NCBI GenBank assembly: GCA_022605425.2
Contig: JAKIMF020000001.1
Span: 1,860,001 to 1,924,000 of the forward strand
DNA from: Hamiltosporidium tvaerminnensis FI-OER-3-3
Taxonomy: Eukaryota > Fungi > Microsporidia
Direction: 5' to 3'
DNA length: 64,000 nt
Shown here: in pieces, positions 26,473 to 40,602 of the stretch
Layout: the number at the start of each line of letters is the position of its first letter
How positions within the stretch are numbered: the first letter of the stretch is position 1
The notes under the pieces: generated by a model
Databases searched by the model: none
Told to the model about the DNA's origin: nothing
The model's input: only the letters and a program-made list of their open reading frames with translations
Translations under genes and position numbers: made by a program

Positions 26473-29400
26473 ATGACGCATTTACTAAATTCTTTAATTT
26501 CACAAACCAATGTTCTATTCTCAAAAAAAAGAAGATGAAGTAACCTGGCAAAAGATTAACATATCTTTTGAACGGTCTAAGACGCTAACCGAGTCTGATT
26601 TTTTACAATTTTTGATTCAAACAAAAGATATAATTATTCGATCTATGGCAAGTGAAAGATCTAAATTAAGTGGTACAACGCTATCTCTATTAAACAATGC
26701 CATAATTATTATTTCCAAAGAAAAAAATAATGAAATTGTGACAAAAATATTTTCTTTTTTAGATTCGATTCTTCCCACACTTATAAAACTCACAGGAAAG
26801 AGTAATAAGGTAATATGTACACGCGCAGAATGTACTTTAATAGAAATGGGTAAGGCCTTGTCACTTACAAGACATATATCCTTGCTTAAAGATTCTTTAT
26901 CTTCAATTTCTAAAAATATTCGGTTGGGTGTTTATAAATTGTTAGAAAGCAATTATAATTATTTTTATTTGAAAAATAAAAGCATAAACGAAAATTATTT
27001 TAAAGATTTTATTCCATTAATAATGAAAGGAAAATCAGATGTCAATTTTGAAATAAGAGATTTGTCCAAGCGAATGTGTCATTTGATTAAAGAGAGGGAA
27101 GATATCATAGTGGAAGATAATGAAGAAAGCAAAGCTCCATTTTCTATTGGAAGCAAGCCACGTGTGTATAGGCCACCGCAATTTATTCAAAGAGAAATCA
27201 AATCTGGAATTGAAGAAAAAAATACAAAAAAAGAAATTAAGTTACCGAGCAATTATATTAACAGTTATTCGTTTCCACAAAGAAATGCAGGATTTAAAGT
27301 GTCTAATGATGTAAACATAATGGATTTTAAAGGATTCAATAACAGAGGGAACAGTACAGTTATTAATAATATTTTTAATTCAAATTCAATGTTTGTCAGT
27401 CAGAATTCATGTAAAATAAGAAAAGACGAAAGTTTAAAAAAAACGAATGAAGAAAAAAATTTTAGAGGTGAAAACATAAATAAAAATATTTCTTTGAATG
27501 AAAAATGTAAATATGATACAAGAAAACAGTTGTTTGAAGGCAAGTTTGCTGTTATGAATAAAAATGTAAAACATGTTATGCCCTATTCCCCGTTCAAAAA
27601 GCAGCCTAAAATAGTCACAAAAAGAGAAAATAATTTCCAGAATTTTGAATTCAAGAAAAAAGAAACAGGTGAACCCGCTGAGATAGATTTAAAACCATTT
27701 AACAACTTTTCAAATCATCTTTCTTTGATTAAATCAGAAAAAAATGTTTCAAATGAAAATAAACAAGTTGCTGTATCAGAATTAAGTTTTAAAAACTATG
27801 AATCGGGTGTTGATCGTCAACAAAGTATTCATAGTTTTAGTAATACAAATGATTCTCAAAAAGAAGAGAAACTTTCGAAAGTCGAAAAAAAATCAGATAA
27901 AAATATTTTTAATAAATTTATTTCTGATAATGCGCTGAATAAAGAAACGGAAGGCAATGATTCATTTACAGAAATGAAATCATTTAAACTTAAAAATTAT
28001 TTAGAAGATTTTGAAAATGATACCTATGACAAAAAATTAAATGATTCTATTTATGAAAAATTTGGAATAAAAGTAGATTTTCAAAGGAATCCGGAAGCTT
28101 CTGATTCTTTTATTAACGAAGAAGAAATAAAAATTGAACCGTCCGTTGAAAAACATGATGAATCATATAAAAGTAAAACGGCTACAGCCTTACCTTTAGA
28201 AGAGTTGAAATTTGACAAAGAACTTGCTTTTGTTGAAACAGATTCTAATAATTCAAAACCAGATTTGAATGTTCCTAAAGCTAATGCCATTATTGAAGTT
28301 TTTAACTATGATAATGAAAAAAATAGTTCTTCTGTTAGCCTTGGAATTTCTCATACAGACAGAAACATTTCATCAATCTCCTTTCCTCGCAGTGCTTTGG
28401 TAGAATCTAATAATTATTTTTATGATGAGTTAAAAATTGAGCGGATTAAAGATCATAAGAATATCTTAGAGTCTAGTAAGAGTTTAGGTACGAATAATTT
28501 CTATGAAGACAATCAACAAACGTATCCCAATAAAGAATATGAAGCGAATAAAAATCATGATTCAAATTTAAAAAATAATAATGATTTCCATCTTGAAGGA
28601 GCGCAATTTGATGCAGAGCCATTTGAAGCAAAGCATTTAATATATGAAGAAAATTCTGTTGAAAAGCCAGAAAATACAAACATGAATTCTATTGTTGCAG
28701 ATCAGGAAGATAAAAATTTTGAATCGATTTGTTCGCCAAAAAATAAGCACGAAGAAATTAATCATGATAAAGATATAAATAAAGAAGTTTTAAAAATCGA
28801 GCAATTTAATGAGGAAAAGCAAAAAAGTTTTTTAGAAAACGAAATTGTTTTGTCATCAAAAATGGGGCGAATGTCTTTGGATAAAAATGAGAGAATTCTT
28901 ATTGAAGACGAAACAGATTTGATAGATAATTTTAATGACAATGACACGAGGTTAGAAAATGATAAAGCCGGAAGGCCTAGTATTGCTTCGCGCCTTTCAA
29001 ATGAGAAAAGACCTGAAGAAGAACAATATTTCGAAAGAAATGATTCGACCGATCGTGATTTAGATTCAGATCAAAAAAATAGTGTTGATCACGAAAACTT
29101 GGATTCTATGAAAATTGTAGAAAAAACGGAAGAAATTGATGTAGAAAATATCATTTTAGTTCCAGAAAACAATAAAATAGTAAATAATAAAAATACTGAT
29201 GTTTCTTTGGATTTTTCGTTTAAAGAAAGTTCACTCGGTAGTATAAATTTAGGAGACAATGACTTACCGAGTCAGAATTGTTTTTTAGCATATTCTAATA
29301 AAAACGAGGAAATGAACGATTCTACTTCGAAAGAAGATTCGGATGGATGGGAATGCACAGAATATTGCTTAGAAGATAAAAAAGAGGACAGTGAAAACAA

Positions 29401-29968
29401 CGAAATATCAAATCCAGGAAAATTAGATAGAAATTTTAATACCGAGAATTCAGTGTTAGAAGCCAAAAGCAATATTTCAGAAGAAAAACAAATCAAAGAT
29501 TGTACATCAAAAAGTAAGAATAAATATTCGGCTTTTGCGTTTATCGACAATATTTTTTCAGTGGATTCCAAAGAAACAATCATTAAAGAGAATAAAGAAA
29601 CTACAAAAGATTCTATTTTATTAGAAGATTGTTTATTTGAAAATAATAATTTTGTAAATGAACAACAATCTTTACAAAATATAAGTATTATATCTGAAGG
29701 TATGGAGCAAAAAGATAAAACAGTTATTTCAAGAGATAATACTTCCCTATCGAATGAACTAATAAATGTGGGTTTGGAAAAGACACAGGATGCTGAAATT
29801 AGTGATGATGATTGTCTAACTGATGATCCTAAACAAATTTCTTCTTCTAATCGAACAAGCAATGAGTCGTTTAATTCGAACGATTTTACAAAATTGGATT
29901 CACAAATATATGCAAATAAAAATGCATTTACAAAGAAAAAAGAAGAAGATGAAATTAATGAAGAGTAA
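26473..29968 (+). CDS. CLASP/Stu1-like protein, copy 2; probable true start 26473 with one extra A in the A8 run at 26523-26530 (ORF track starts at 26510)
   Basis: KEDEVTWQK, SMASERSKLSGTTLSLL and LPTLIKLTGKSNK resemble CLASP_N motifs. CCC at 26465-26467 precedes ATG 26473. About 96% identical to copy 1 (manual estimate). Confidence 0.7.
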
Positions 29969-31329
29969 CTCTTTATAGTGGTTTTAATAAATATTTTATA
30001 GTTATTTTGTTTATTGTTAGTACTTCATTTTCAGATAAAATTGATTTGTTTAAGTAAAAAATTTAATGACTATTTTTGAAGGAATATGTTTAAAGAATTT
30101 CTATCTTAAAAAAATTAATTAATTTTTTTTATTTCTTAATATTTTTAATTTATCACTGAAACTAATTTATTAATTAAGTAAAAACTGTTTCGTGCAATCA
30201 AAGCACAATCTTATCTCGATTATATTATTTTTTTAATATTTTATTAGTTAATTGATAATAAAATATATTACAATAGGCAAAAAAGTGAAATATAAATCCG
30301 AGCAATAAACTTGGATTTCTTTGTTTCTTCTATAAATATATTTTGATTTATAAAGTCAAATTACACTATTTGAAGCAATAAAAACGATTTTTAAACATTG
30401 CGCAACATTTCAAAAAAAATGTCGCGATATGATTTGAATAGACGTGAAAAAAATTATTTTGTCTTCAAACTCTTTTTTAAATATTTTAAATCTATCAATT
30501 GATCAACATCAGTACTTTACACTTGATCCAGAAGTTCTTCTAATATTAATTTCTTTATAAAATTATTCAGATATGTTTTTTATTAGTTTAGACTAAAACC
30601 CCGGGTGATATTTCATTTTATATTAAATCTAGTTTGGGCCTATTTCAGAAAATCAATCTCCTGGTTTCTGCAGATACTATTTTTTTTGTCTATTTCTAAC
30701 ATTTGTTAGGTGTAGGGAAACTATCGCAGTATAAAGGTGTGTTTTGGAGTCAGTCAATCATTTCGGAAAACTACAATCATTCACCTTTGTATAACTTTGC
30801 TTTCTTTAATATAAAACATATAAAAGTTGGAAATAATTTTATTTAATTTACAACCAATTAAACTGAAAAGTGGGACATTCATTGTATTTTTAATAACATG
30901 TAATGACATAAAACCCAGAGGATTTCGCTATTTCGTTTCAATTATCTTGATTTAGGGTTTTCGGTTTCTATTCAATTACACCGAGATCGCTGAAATTATA
31001 TTAAATTATATACCGTTTTTTTCTAAAAGATTCGAATCATATATAAAAAAATATTTAGTGAGCTATTTATATAGATGTTATTATGCTAAGCATCGATTTG
31101 AGGAGCAATAACTAAGCATAACTTTCTTTAATCCAAAGAGTTTGCAAAAAAAACAATATATTAAAAAATATAACTAAACGATTTAACGATAATAAAATAT
31201 AAACGATTTTTTTGAACTTTTTATTGATTCTATTTATTTCTCATTAATGAAACGATAATCAACGTGTTTCTTTCATAGAACTTTATTTGCTAACAGGGAC
31301 AGTTTTTGCGGGGTTGTCCAGCCCCAAAC

Positions 31330-31685
31330 TTATATATTAAGCTCAGATTCTTCATTATGTTCTAAAATAGTTTTATAATAAGAACATTTTTCTGGATATT
31401 TAAACATTTCAATATATACTTCGATGATTAAAACCCAATACTGCTCAAAGGCATTCATTGGTATTTTCTTTGTATCTATAATGAAGTATTGTAATATTGA
31501 AACCAAAGCATTTATAACCAAAAATACTTCTACAATATATAAGGTAATATAGAAGGAACTATGGAAGTAATATATCACCTGATTACAAGATGATCTCATT
31601 GTTATAAAGTGAAGATGTGAGTCATAATATATTTCTAAGATGGCTTGGGCGAGTATGAAGAAGAGGATGACAGAAATGTTTTCAT
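31330..31685 (-). pseudogene. Small protein family copy B4, frameshifted just after the ATG
   Basis: cagaaatgttttcat versus cagataatgttttcat in the other copies: a 1-bp loss giving MKTFLSSSSSYSPKPS* from the ATG. Confidence 0.5.
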
Positions 31686-34600
31686 AAACAAACAATTGAA
31701 TTCATTCTTTTATAATAAAAATTGTAAACAAGTTTCATATTTCCTTATCAAATAAACAAATGAAAAAATCAGATTTTAGAAAAATTAAACTAAGAAAATT
31801 TTGATTAGTTATTTGAAATAATATCTGAATTAATAGTAAATTAGTGTACAAAAAAAGTAAAAAAATATATTCTGATACGTAGGTTATACACAGAATATTA
31901 TTTAGAATGGTAAAAATATTAAAAATAAGAATTAGAATTTAAATAAAATATGTTAATAAAACAAGTTTGAAAACTTCATATAAATATTTAGTTCGTCTTT
32001 TGGATTGGAACAAATTGAATTATATTTTTATTAAGGATATCTATTCAAAATTAAAAAAGGTAGTAAAAAATTCCACCTAATATTTTTTTATTGCATAGAG
32101 GTATCTAAAGAAAATTGGTTTAAATTGCAATATTTTGGCTATATAAATCTTGTTTCATTCTTTATATATGACTCATTCGGTAAATTTTAATGTCATTGTT
32201 TCAATTTCGATCAGCTTCTTTACATGTTTAAGTCTAATGATTTTTTCTTTTAATTTTTTAACCTCTTTTCTTAGAGGCGTGTATGTGCAATTGTATTTGT
32301 AAAGAATAATGAACTGATTTGCTGACCGCTTGTTTCTGTGATCTTTGAGAAGGTATTTTATAATATAATAAAATTACAAAAGAAATTCACATTTTTTGCA
32401 ATACTTTTTATTAATTTATTTTGACGCGTTTTCAGATAAACACTATTTTTCGTTCTTTCTTCTTGCGTGTATGCGGATAGATCGGAAGATTGACCCACTC
32501 TTGAAATGACCTACAAAGTTTTTCCTATGCGAATTCCGCGTTATATGGATCTATTCTACGCAATTGCAGCGTTCGACATCATTATTTGCTTACTATCTTT
32601 GCAAAGATGAGTCACACATAAGGTTTTAAAAGGTTTAATTCTAATGACATATATGTTTAAAAATGTAAATGCGGCTACTTTACATCTTATCTTTTTATTT
32701 CTCATATCATATTGTAACTTTCATGCTATTCTTGATAAGTTTTTTTTTTACCGAAAGTCTTGTATCGGTATAAAGAACAGATAAATTAAATTATCGGAGA
32801 AGAATGATAGGCGCTTCGCTTTTGTATTGTAAAACATGTAAATAATACCCAAAAAATCAGTGAATTAAGAGTTATGTAGAATGTAAACAAAGTCTTCTTT
32901 ATTTATAATTTTATCGATAAACTTATATGTTGTAATTTTGCCCGGTCTTCTAATTTGCATTTTTAAATTTAATTCATTTAAATGTTTGTTGTTAGTGGTT
33001 AATATAGCACGTGTACTGATCCACTGATGATTTTAAACTTTATCGCTATATCTCGAAGAATGTTTTGATTCATTGATCTTTAGTTGATGTCATCTTACAA
33101 AAGTTTTCTGAAAATGTAATTTATTGTATAAATCCGTAAAATATTACTTCAAATTCTCTATATCTATTATTTTTTTTCCGAAAAGTGCAGTGAATGTATC
33201 ATTTTGTTTTTTTAACACGTAAGTTTTTTTTTAATTAATTTCTTTGCATTTCTCTTTAATATTGATGATTTTAGACATATGTTTGGTTCATCGTTCGGTG
33301 TGAGACAAGGAATAATTAATAGAGTTTGATGAAAATCACTAGACGGTAAAATTAACGCTCTTAAGAAAGCCTGTAAATTCGCTCTCCAAATTTTTTAGTG
33401 TACGATAAAGGGCTTCCAGTCCCTTTTTGTGTGTCTCTATATAGTATTCTACTATCTAATTATAGGTTATTGAATTCCCTTATAAATATAAAATTATATT
33501 TTATTAAAACCTCAATGGTGGAAGAAAGGAAAACGAAGAAGTGGAATAATAATTTAAATAAATCTTTCGTTAATCAAAAAAAATCTTTATATACACGGGT
33601 TAACAAACCCTTTTATTCAAATGATAGAGCCTGCCTCTATCAAAGATACCTTTTACTGGATGCCTTGAGAAAGGTTACGACATCCTCATACATTCGTTTT
33701 ATTAATCAGTTCGTATTTAGTGACTTTGCCCATTCCATAATTTTAAGTGATATTATATATTGTTCTCTCATTGGTTTGCAAATACAATGATAACGTTAAA
33801 AATGAATGTTTCGGATGATCATCATCTAAAAATGTTGCCCGATTTTAGAAAAAATTCGAGAAAAAGAGCAAAAATGAATATAAAAAACAAACAGGACACC
33901 TTTAACCCTATTATATTTAACAAAACCCATTTAAGATATGACACGCTCTAATAACAATTTTTAACTTACTATACCATCTTTAACACCTGTTAACCTAAAT
34001 ATTCATTTAATACCATACTTTTACTGTAGTACTCTCTATAGCAACCCCCGTTAGAATCACCCCTCTATTTTAACATCGTTTAATAAAAATCTCATAACAA
34101 AATCTTTTAGTTAATATACCTTGATATAAAAGAGGTATAAAAGAACATGCAAAAATGTGTAGTAAATAAGCAATATCATTTCGTTGTTATCATATAAAAT
34201 TACAAGAACACCGATTTTTTTTCTCTTATCCGAGTTAGTCACAAAATAGTTATTTTCGCAAGAGATTATAAGAATCTCAATTGATTTCTTATAAATATAA
34301 CATTTAAAAATTCTCTTATATTCTTCGATCATCCTTCAATTTCTAAACAATAAATTCTAGTGTTGTCACGGTGTTTATATTGTTTCTAAGTATTTAAAAA
34401 TATTCTTTACTTGAGGCACTTGATTTTGTTTTATAAATTTTTTTTGTAGTTTTCGTTGTTTGTATTTGTTCTATAGAAAAAGTGATTTTTTTGAACCAAT
34501 TAACTATCCGAATTTTTATTCATTCTCTAAATACCAATAAAACGTTAAAATATCAAGAGAAATTAAATCTAATTTTTTATTTGTTAATCATTAATATTTA

Positions 34601-34996
34601 ACACAGGCTTCGCCATTTCGTTTCAAGAAACCAAATATTTATAAATTATGTTTTTACTAAAAAAAAATTAGAAAACGTCTATATAGCATACAATCTTAGA
34701 TTTTAGTATTTGAATTTAAGATTTATATAGGAACCTATGCACAGTATAATCCTAATGCACAAATCAGATAGATAAACTCAAAAACAATACCCAAATAAAA
34801 AGCTCTTATTATCAAAACTTATAAGCGTAAATTTTAAAAGTATTTTAGAAAAAAAATATGAAATATATACGATTCTTTTGAACTTTTTATTTATTCAATG
34901 AATTACTCATTAATGAAACAATAATTAACGTCTCTCTTTCATAGAACTTTATTTGTTAACAGGGACATTTTTTGAGGGGCTGTCCAGCCCCAACAC

Positions 34997-35353
34997 TTAT
35001 ATATTGAACGCAGATTCGTCATTATGTTCTAAAATAATTTTATAATAAGCACATTTTTCTGGATATTTAAACATTTCAATATATACTTCGATGATTAAAA
35101 CCCAATACTGCTCAAATGCATTCATTGGTATTTTCTTTGAATCTATAAAGAAGTATTGTAATATTGAAACCAAAGCATTTATAATCAAAAATACTTCTAC
35201 AATATATAAGGTAATATAGAAGGAACTATGGAAGTAATATATCACCTGATTACAAGATGATCTCATTGTTATAAAGTAAAGATGTGAGTCATAATATATT
35301 TCTAAGATGGCTTGAACGAGTATGAAGAAGAGGATGACAGATAATGTTTTCAT
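34997..35353 (-). CDS. 118-aa small protein family, copy B5
   Basis: Intact paralogue with C-terminal variant CAYYKII...DESAFNI. Confidence 0.45.
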   Translation of the reverse strand: MKTLSVILFFILVQAILEIYYDSHLYFITMRSSCNQVIYYFHSSFYITLYIVEVFLIINALVSILQYFFIDSKKIPMNAFEQYWVLIIEVYIEMFKYPEKCAYYKIILEHNDESAFNI

Positions 35354-37778
35354 AAACAAACAATTGAATTCATTCTTTTATAATAAAAATTGTAAACAAG
35401 TTTCATATTTCCTTATCAAATAAACAAATGAAAAAATCAGATTTTAGAAAAATTAAACTAAGAAAATTTTGATTAGTTATTTGAAATAATATCTGAATTA
35501 ATAGTAAATTAGTGTACAAAAAAAGTAAAAAAATATATTCTGATACGTAGGTTATACACAGAATATTATTTAGAATGGTAAAAATATTAAAAATAAGAAT
35601 TAAAATTTAAATAAAATATGTTTATAAAACAGGTTTGAAAATATTATAAAAATATTTATTTCGTCTTTTGGATTGAAAAATGACTTATATTTTTATTAAG
35701 GATATCTATTCAAAATTAAAACAAGTAGTAAAAAATTCCACTTAATATTTTTTTATTGCATAGAGGTATCTAAAGAAAATTGGTTTAAATTGCAATATTT
35801 TGGCTATATAAATCTTGTTTCATTCTTTCTTTATATATAACTCATTCGGTAAATTCTAATGTCATTGTTTCAATTTCGACAGCTCATTTACAGGTTTAAG
35901 TCTAATGATTTTTGCTTTTAATTTTTTAACCTCTTTTCTTAGAGGTGTGTATGTGCAATTGTATTTGTAAAGAATAATGAACTGGTTTGCTGACCGCTTG
36001 TTTCTGTGATCATATGAGAAGGTATTTTATAATATAATAAAATTACAAAATAAATCAAATTTTTTTAATACTTTTTATTAAATTATTTGGACGCTCTTTT
36101 GGGTAAACACTGTTTTTAGTTATTTCTTCTGGGGTGTATGCAGATAGATCGGAAGATTGACTCACTCTTGAAATGACCTACAAAGTTTTTCATATGCGAA
36201 TTCCGGGTTATATGGATCTATTCTACGCAATTGCAGCGTCTGATATTATTATTTGCTTACTATCATGGTAAGGATGAGTCGCACAGGAGGTTTTAAAAGG
36301 ATTAATTCTAATCACATATATGTTGAAAATGTAAATGCGGCTACTTTACATCTTATCTTTTTATTTCTCATATCATATTGTAACTTTCATGCTATTCTTG
36401 ATAAGTTTTTTTTTTACCGAAAGTCTTGTATCGGTATAAAGAACAGATAAATTAAATTATCGGAGAAGAATGATAGGCGCTTCGCTTTTGTATTGTAAAA
36501 CATGTAAATAATACCCAAAAAATCAGTGAATTAAGAGTTATGTAGAATGTAAACAAAGTCTTCTTTATTTATAATTTTATCGATAAACTTATATGTTGTA
36601 ATTTCGCCTGGTCTTCTAATTTGCATTTTTAAATTTAATTCATTTAAATGTTTGTTGTTAGTGGTTAATATAGCACGTGTACGGATCCACTGATGATTTT
36701 AAACTTTATCGTGATATCTCGAAGAATGTTTTGATTCATTGATCTTGAGTCGATGTCATCTTATAATAGTTTTCTGGAAATGTAATTTATTGTGTAAATC
36801 CGTAAACTTATTACTTCGAATTCTCTATATCTATTATTTTTTTTCCGAAAAGTGCATCGAATGTATCATTTTGTTTTCTAACACGTAAGTTAGTTTTTTT
36901 AATTAATTTCTTTGCATTTCTCTTTAACATGAATGATTTTAGACATGCGTTTGGTGCATTGTTCAGTGTGAAACAAGGAATAACTGATAGAGTTTGACGA
37001 AAGTCACTAGACGGTAAAATTAAAGCTCTTAAGAATGCCTGTTAATTCGCTCTCAAATTTTTTAGTGTACGATAAAGGGCTTCCAGTCCCTTTTTGTGTG
37101 TCTCTATATAGTATTCTACTATTAATTATAGGTTATTGAATTCATAATAAATATAAAATTATATTTTATTAAAACCTCAATGGTGAAAGAAAGGTAAACC
37201 TGAAGTGGAATAATAATTCAAATAAATCTTTTGTTGATCAAAAAAAATCTTTAGTTACACGGGTTAATAAACCCTTTTATTCAAATGATAGAACCTGCCT
37301 CTATCAAAGATACCTTTTATCTGGGTGACTCGAGAGATATTTTGACATCCTCATACATTCGTTTTATTAATCAGTTCGTATTTAGTGACTTTGCCCATTC
37401 CATAATTTTAAGTGATATTATATATTGTTCTCTCATTGGTTTGCAAATACAATGATAACGTTAAAAATGAATGTTTCGGATGATCATTATCTAAAAATGT
37501 TGCCCGATTTTGGAAAAAATTCGAGAAAAAGAGCAAGAATGAATATAAAAAACAAATAGGACACTTTTAACCCTATTATATTTAACAAAACCCATTTAAG
37601 ATATGACACGCTTTACTAGCACGTTTTAGATTACTATACCATCTTTAACTACCTGCTAACCTAAATATTCATTTAATACCATACTTTAACTGTAGTACTC
37701 TCTATAGCAACCCCCGTTAGAATCACCCCTCTATTTTAACATCGTTTAATAAAAATCTCATAATAAAATCTTTAGTTA

Positions 37779-39360
37779 TAGGGTTTTTTGATCAATATAA
37801 TAATCCTTGCAATCCATATAATAATTTTTCGATCAATATCATAATTGTTGAAGTCAATATCATAATCCTTGCAATCAATATAATAATTATTTTTAAAAAA
37901 TAAAAATTTAAAAAATAAAATTATAAATAGTACTTGAGAATTATTATTTAAGAATCACTTGCCCTACTTCAGCCTTTTGCAAATATTCTAAAATTTTGTG
38001 GTAAAAAGAACTACAATGTTCTCCCGTGATCTCATTAAATTTTTAACAAATTAATATTCTCAACTGAGGCCCAGTACGAACGCCACCTCGAATTACTTTA
38101 TTTTTTCAGATCGAGATTAAATTCTCAATTGGATTAAGAAATGGAGAGTAAGGTGGAAGAAATTTTATTCGATCCGCAGCAATTCACTCAATCATCATCC
38201 CATCCACGATAGTGATGAATTCTCGCATTGTCCATTACAAATATAGGAGTCAAAATTCCTTGCTCTTGACAACTTTCATTTATCTCATTAATAGATAATT
38301 TGAAGTCCTCACCATTTACAGCCCTTTCATGAATCTTATGGTATATCATACCATATTTGTTCATTGCTGCGACTCTGAAATATTTTTACTTCAGGCTGCA
38401 GCCACAAAAAAATGTGTAGATTCATCTCTCATATTAGGGTCTCTACTGGGGCGTATTACTACCGCAACCCCAACTTCGTCTAAAAAGACAAAGTTTTTGT
38501 CATCGTTATGAACCTCAAATTCTCGAAAACTAGTTGCGTAATTTGTTCTGAGCTCGTTTTCAATGGTAAATTTCTACGCTCAGACACTAATATTATACGC
38601 TTTAGAGTGTAATGATACTCTCTTGGTGCGCGATCAATATACTAGTTGACACATCAACAATAAAAGTGCATTTGATCTTTTCTGCCAGCTCATACAGGGT
38701 TTCTGTGCACTCCAAGCTAACATAGGTTTGTAAGCTCTCTTTTATTTCCAGAGTTAACTTTGAACGCCTATCACCACCATCTCTTTTCTCGACAAATACC
38801 AGGCCGGTTTTTAAATATCGTTTAACGATACTATTTACCGTCTGTTAATTTATTTGATACATCGAGGCAATTGCAGAAATAGAATGGCCTTCCAATGTCT
38901 TTTAAATTATGCATTCCCGATCATTATTAGAAACTTTTTGTTTCCTCAGAGCTGGAATGGTGGTTGTTAAGGGATTTTCATCATGTGATCTCGATGTTTC
39001 TACAAGACACTTCAAAACATTGTCATTTTCGCACTCTATACATTCCGGTGTTTCACCGACATGAAAATCATATTTGTTCTCGTTGGTATTTTTACATGAA
39101 AAGGAATTTGACATGAGAGTTAATTTTATAATGAATAAATTATTTTTTAAATTTTTATTTTTTAAAAATAATTATTATATGGATTGCAAGGATTATGATA
39201 TTGATTGCAACAATTATGATATTGATCGAGAATTTAATAAATTGATTGCAACAATTATGATATCGATCGAAAATTTATCTTATTGATTGCAAGGATTATG
39301 ATATTGATCGAAAAATTATGATATTGATTGCAGGATTATTATATTCATTGAAAAGCCTTA
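37779..39360 (-). mobile_element. IS630-Tc1-mariner DNA transposon, decayed, copy 2 at the homologous site
   Basis: Same termini and TA duplication (37777-37778 and 39361-39362). Lacks the 10-bp duplication, has fewer subterminal repeats and carries its own stops. Confidence 0.92.
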
Positions 39361-40245
39361 TAATATACCTTGATATAAAAGAGGTATAAAAGAACATGCA
39401 AAAATGTGTAGTAAATAAGCAATATCATTTCGTTATACTGATATAAAATTACAGGAACACCGATTTTTTTTCTCTTATCTGAGTTAGTCACAAACAAGTT
39501 ACCTTCGCAAGAGTTTTGAAGAACCTCAATTAATTTCTTAGGAATATAACATCCAAAAATTCTCTTATATTCTTTCATTATAATTAATTTTCAAACAATA
39601 AATCTAGCGTGGTCTCGGTGCTTATATTTTTGGCTAAATAATTTAAAAATATTCTTAACTTCAGAATTTGATTTTGTTTTATACAATTTCATTTGCTTTT
39701 TCGCTACTTGTATTTGTTTCATACGTAAAGTGATTTTTTTGATACAATTAACTTTCTGGATTTATATTTGTTCTCTAAATACCAATAAAAACGTTAAAAT
39801 ATTTAGAGAAATTAAATCTAATTTTTTATTTGTTAATCATTAATATTTAACACAGGCTTCGCCATTTCGTTTCAAGAAACCAAATATTTATAAATTATGT
39901 TTTTACTAAAAAAAAATTTGAAAACGTCTATATAGCATACAATCTCAGATTTTAGTATTTATATTTAAGATTTATATAGGAACCTATGCACAGTATAATC
40001 CTAATGCACAAATCACATAGATAAACTCAAAAACAATACCCAAATAAAAAGCTCTTATTATCAAAACTTATAAGCGTAAATTTTAAAAGTATTTTAGAAA
40101 AAAAATATAAAATATAAACGATTCTTTTGAACTTTTTATTTATTCTATGAATTACTCATTAATGAAACAATAATCAACGTGTCTCTTTCATAGAACTTTA
40201 TTTGCTAACAGGGACAGTTTTTGCGGGGTTGTCCAGCCCCAACAC

Positions 40246-40602
40246 TTATATATTAAGCTCAGATTCTTCATTATGTTCTATTATGATTTTTAAGCAAGTA
40301 AATTTTTCTGGATATTTAAACATTTCAAGATATACATCGATGTTTAAAACCCAATACTGCTCAAATGCATTCATTGGCATTTTCTTTGTATCTATAAAGA
40401 AGTGTTGTAATATTGAAACCAAAGCATTTATAATAAAAAATACTTCTAAAATATATAAGGTAATATGGAAAGAACTATGGAAGTAATCTATCACCTGATT
40501 ACAAGATGATCTCATTGTTATAAAGTGAAGATGTGAGTCATAATATATTTCTAAGATGGCTTGAACGAGTATGAAGAAGAGGATAACAAATAATGTTTTC
40601 AT
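40246..40602 (-). CDS. 118-aa small protein family, copy B6 (left arm of cassette 2)
   Basis: Intact; B3-like body with B2-like C-terminus and 3' flank. Confidence 0.45.
   Translation of the reverse strand: MKTLFVILFFILVQAILEIYYDSHLHFITMRSSCNQVIDYFHSSFHITLYILEVFFIINALVSILQHFFIDTKKMPMNAFEQYWVLNIDVYLEMFKYPEKFTCLKIIIEHNEESELNI

Larger units (their letters stand above)
26697..35500 (+). repeat. Direct segmental duplication of 1-~10430, lacking the Tc1 insertion
   Basis: Offset 26696 over the CLASP gene and downstream DNA; empty Tc1 site at 34112. Confidence 0.9.
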
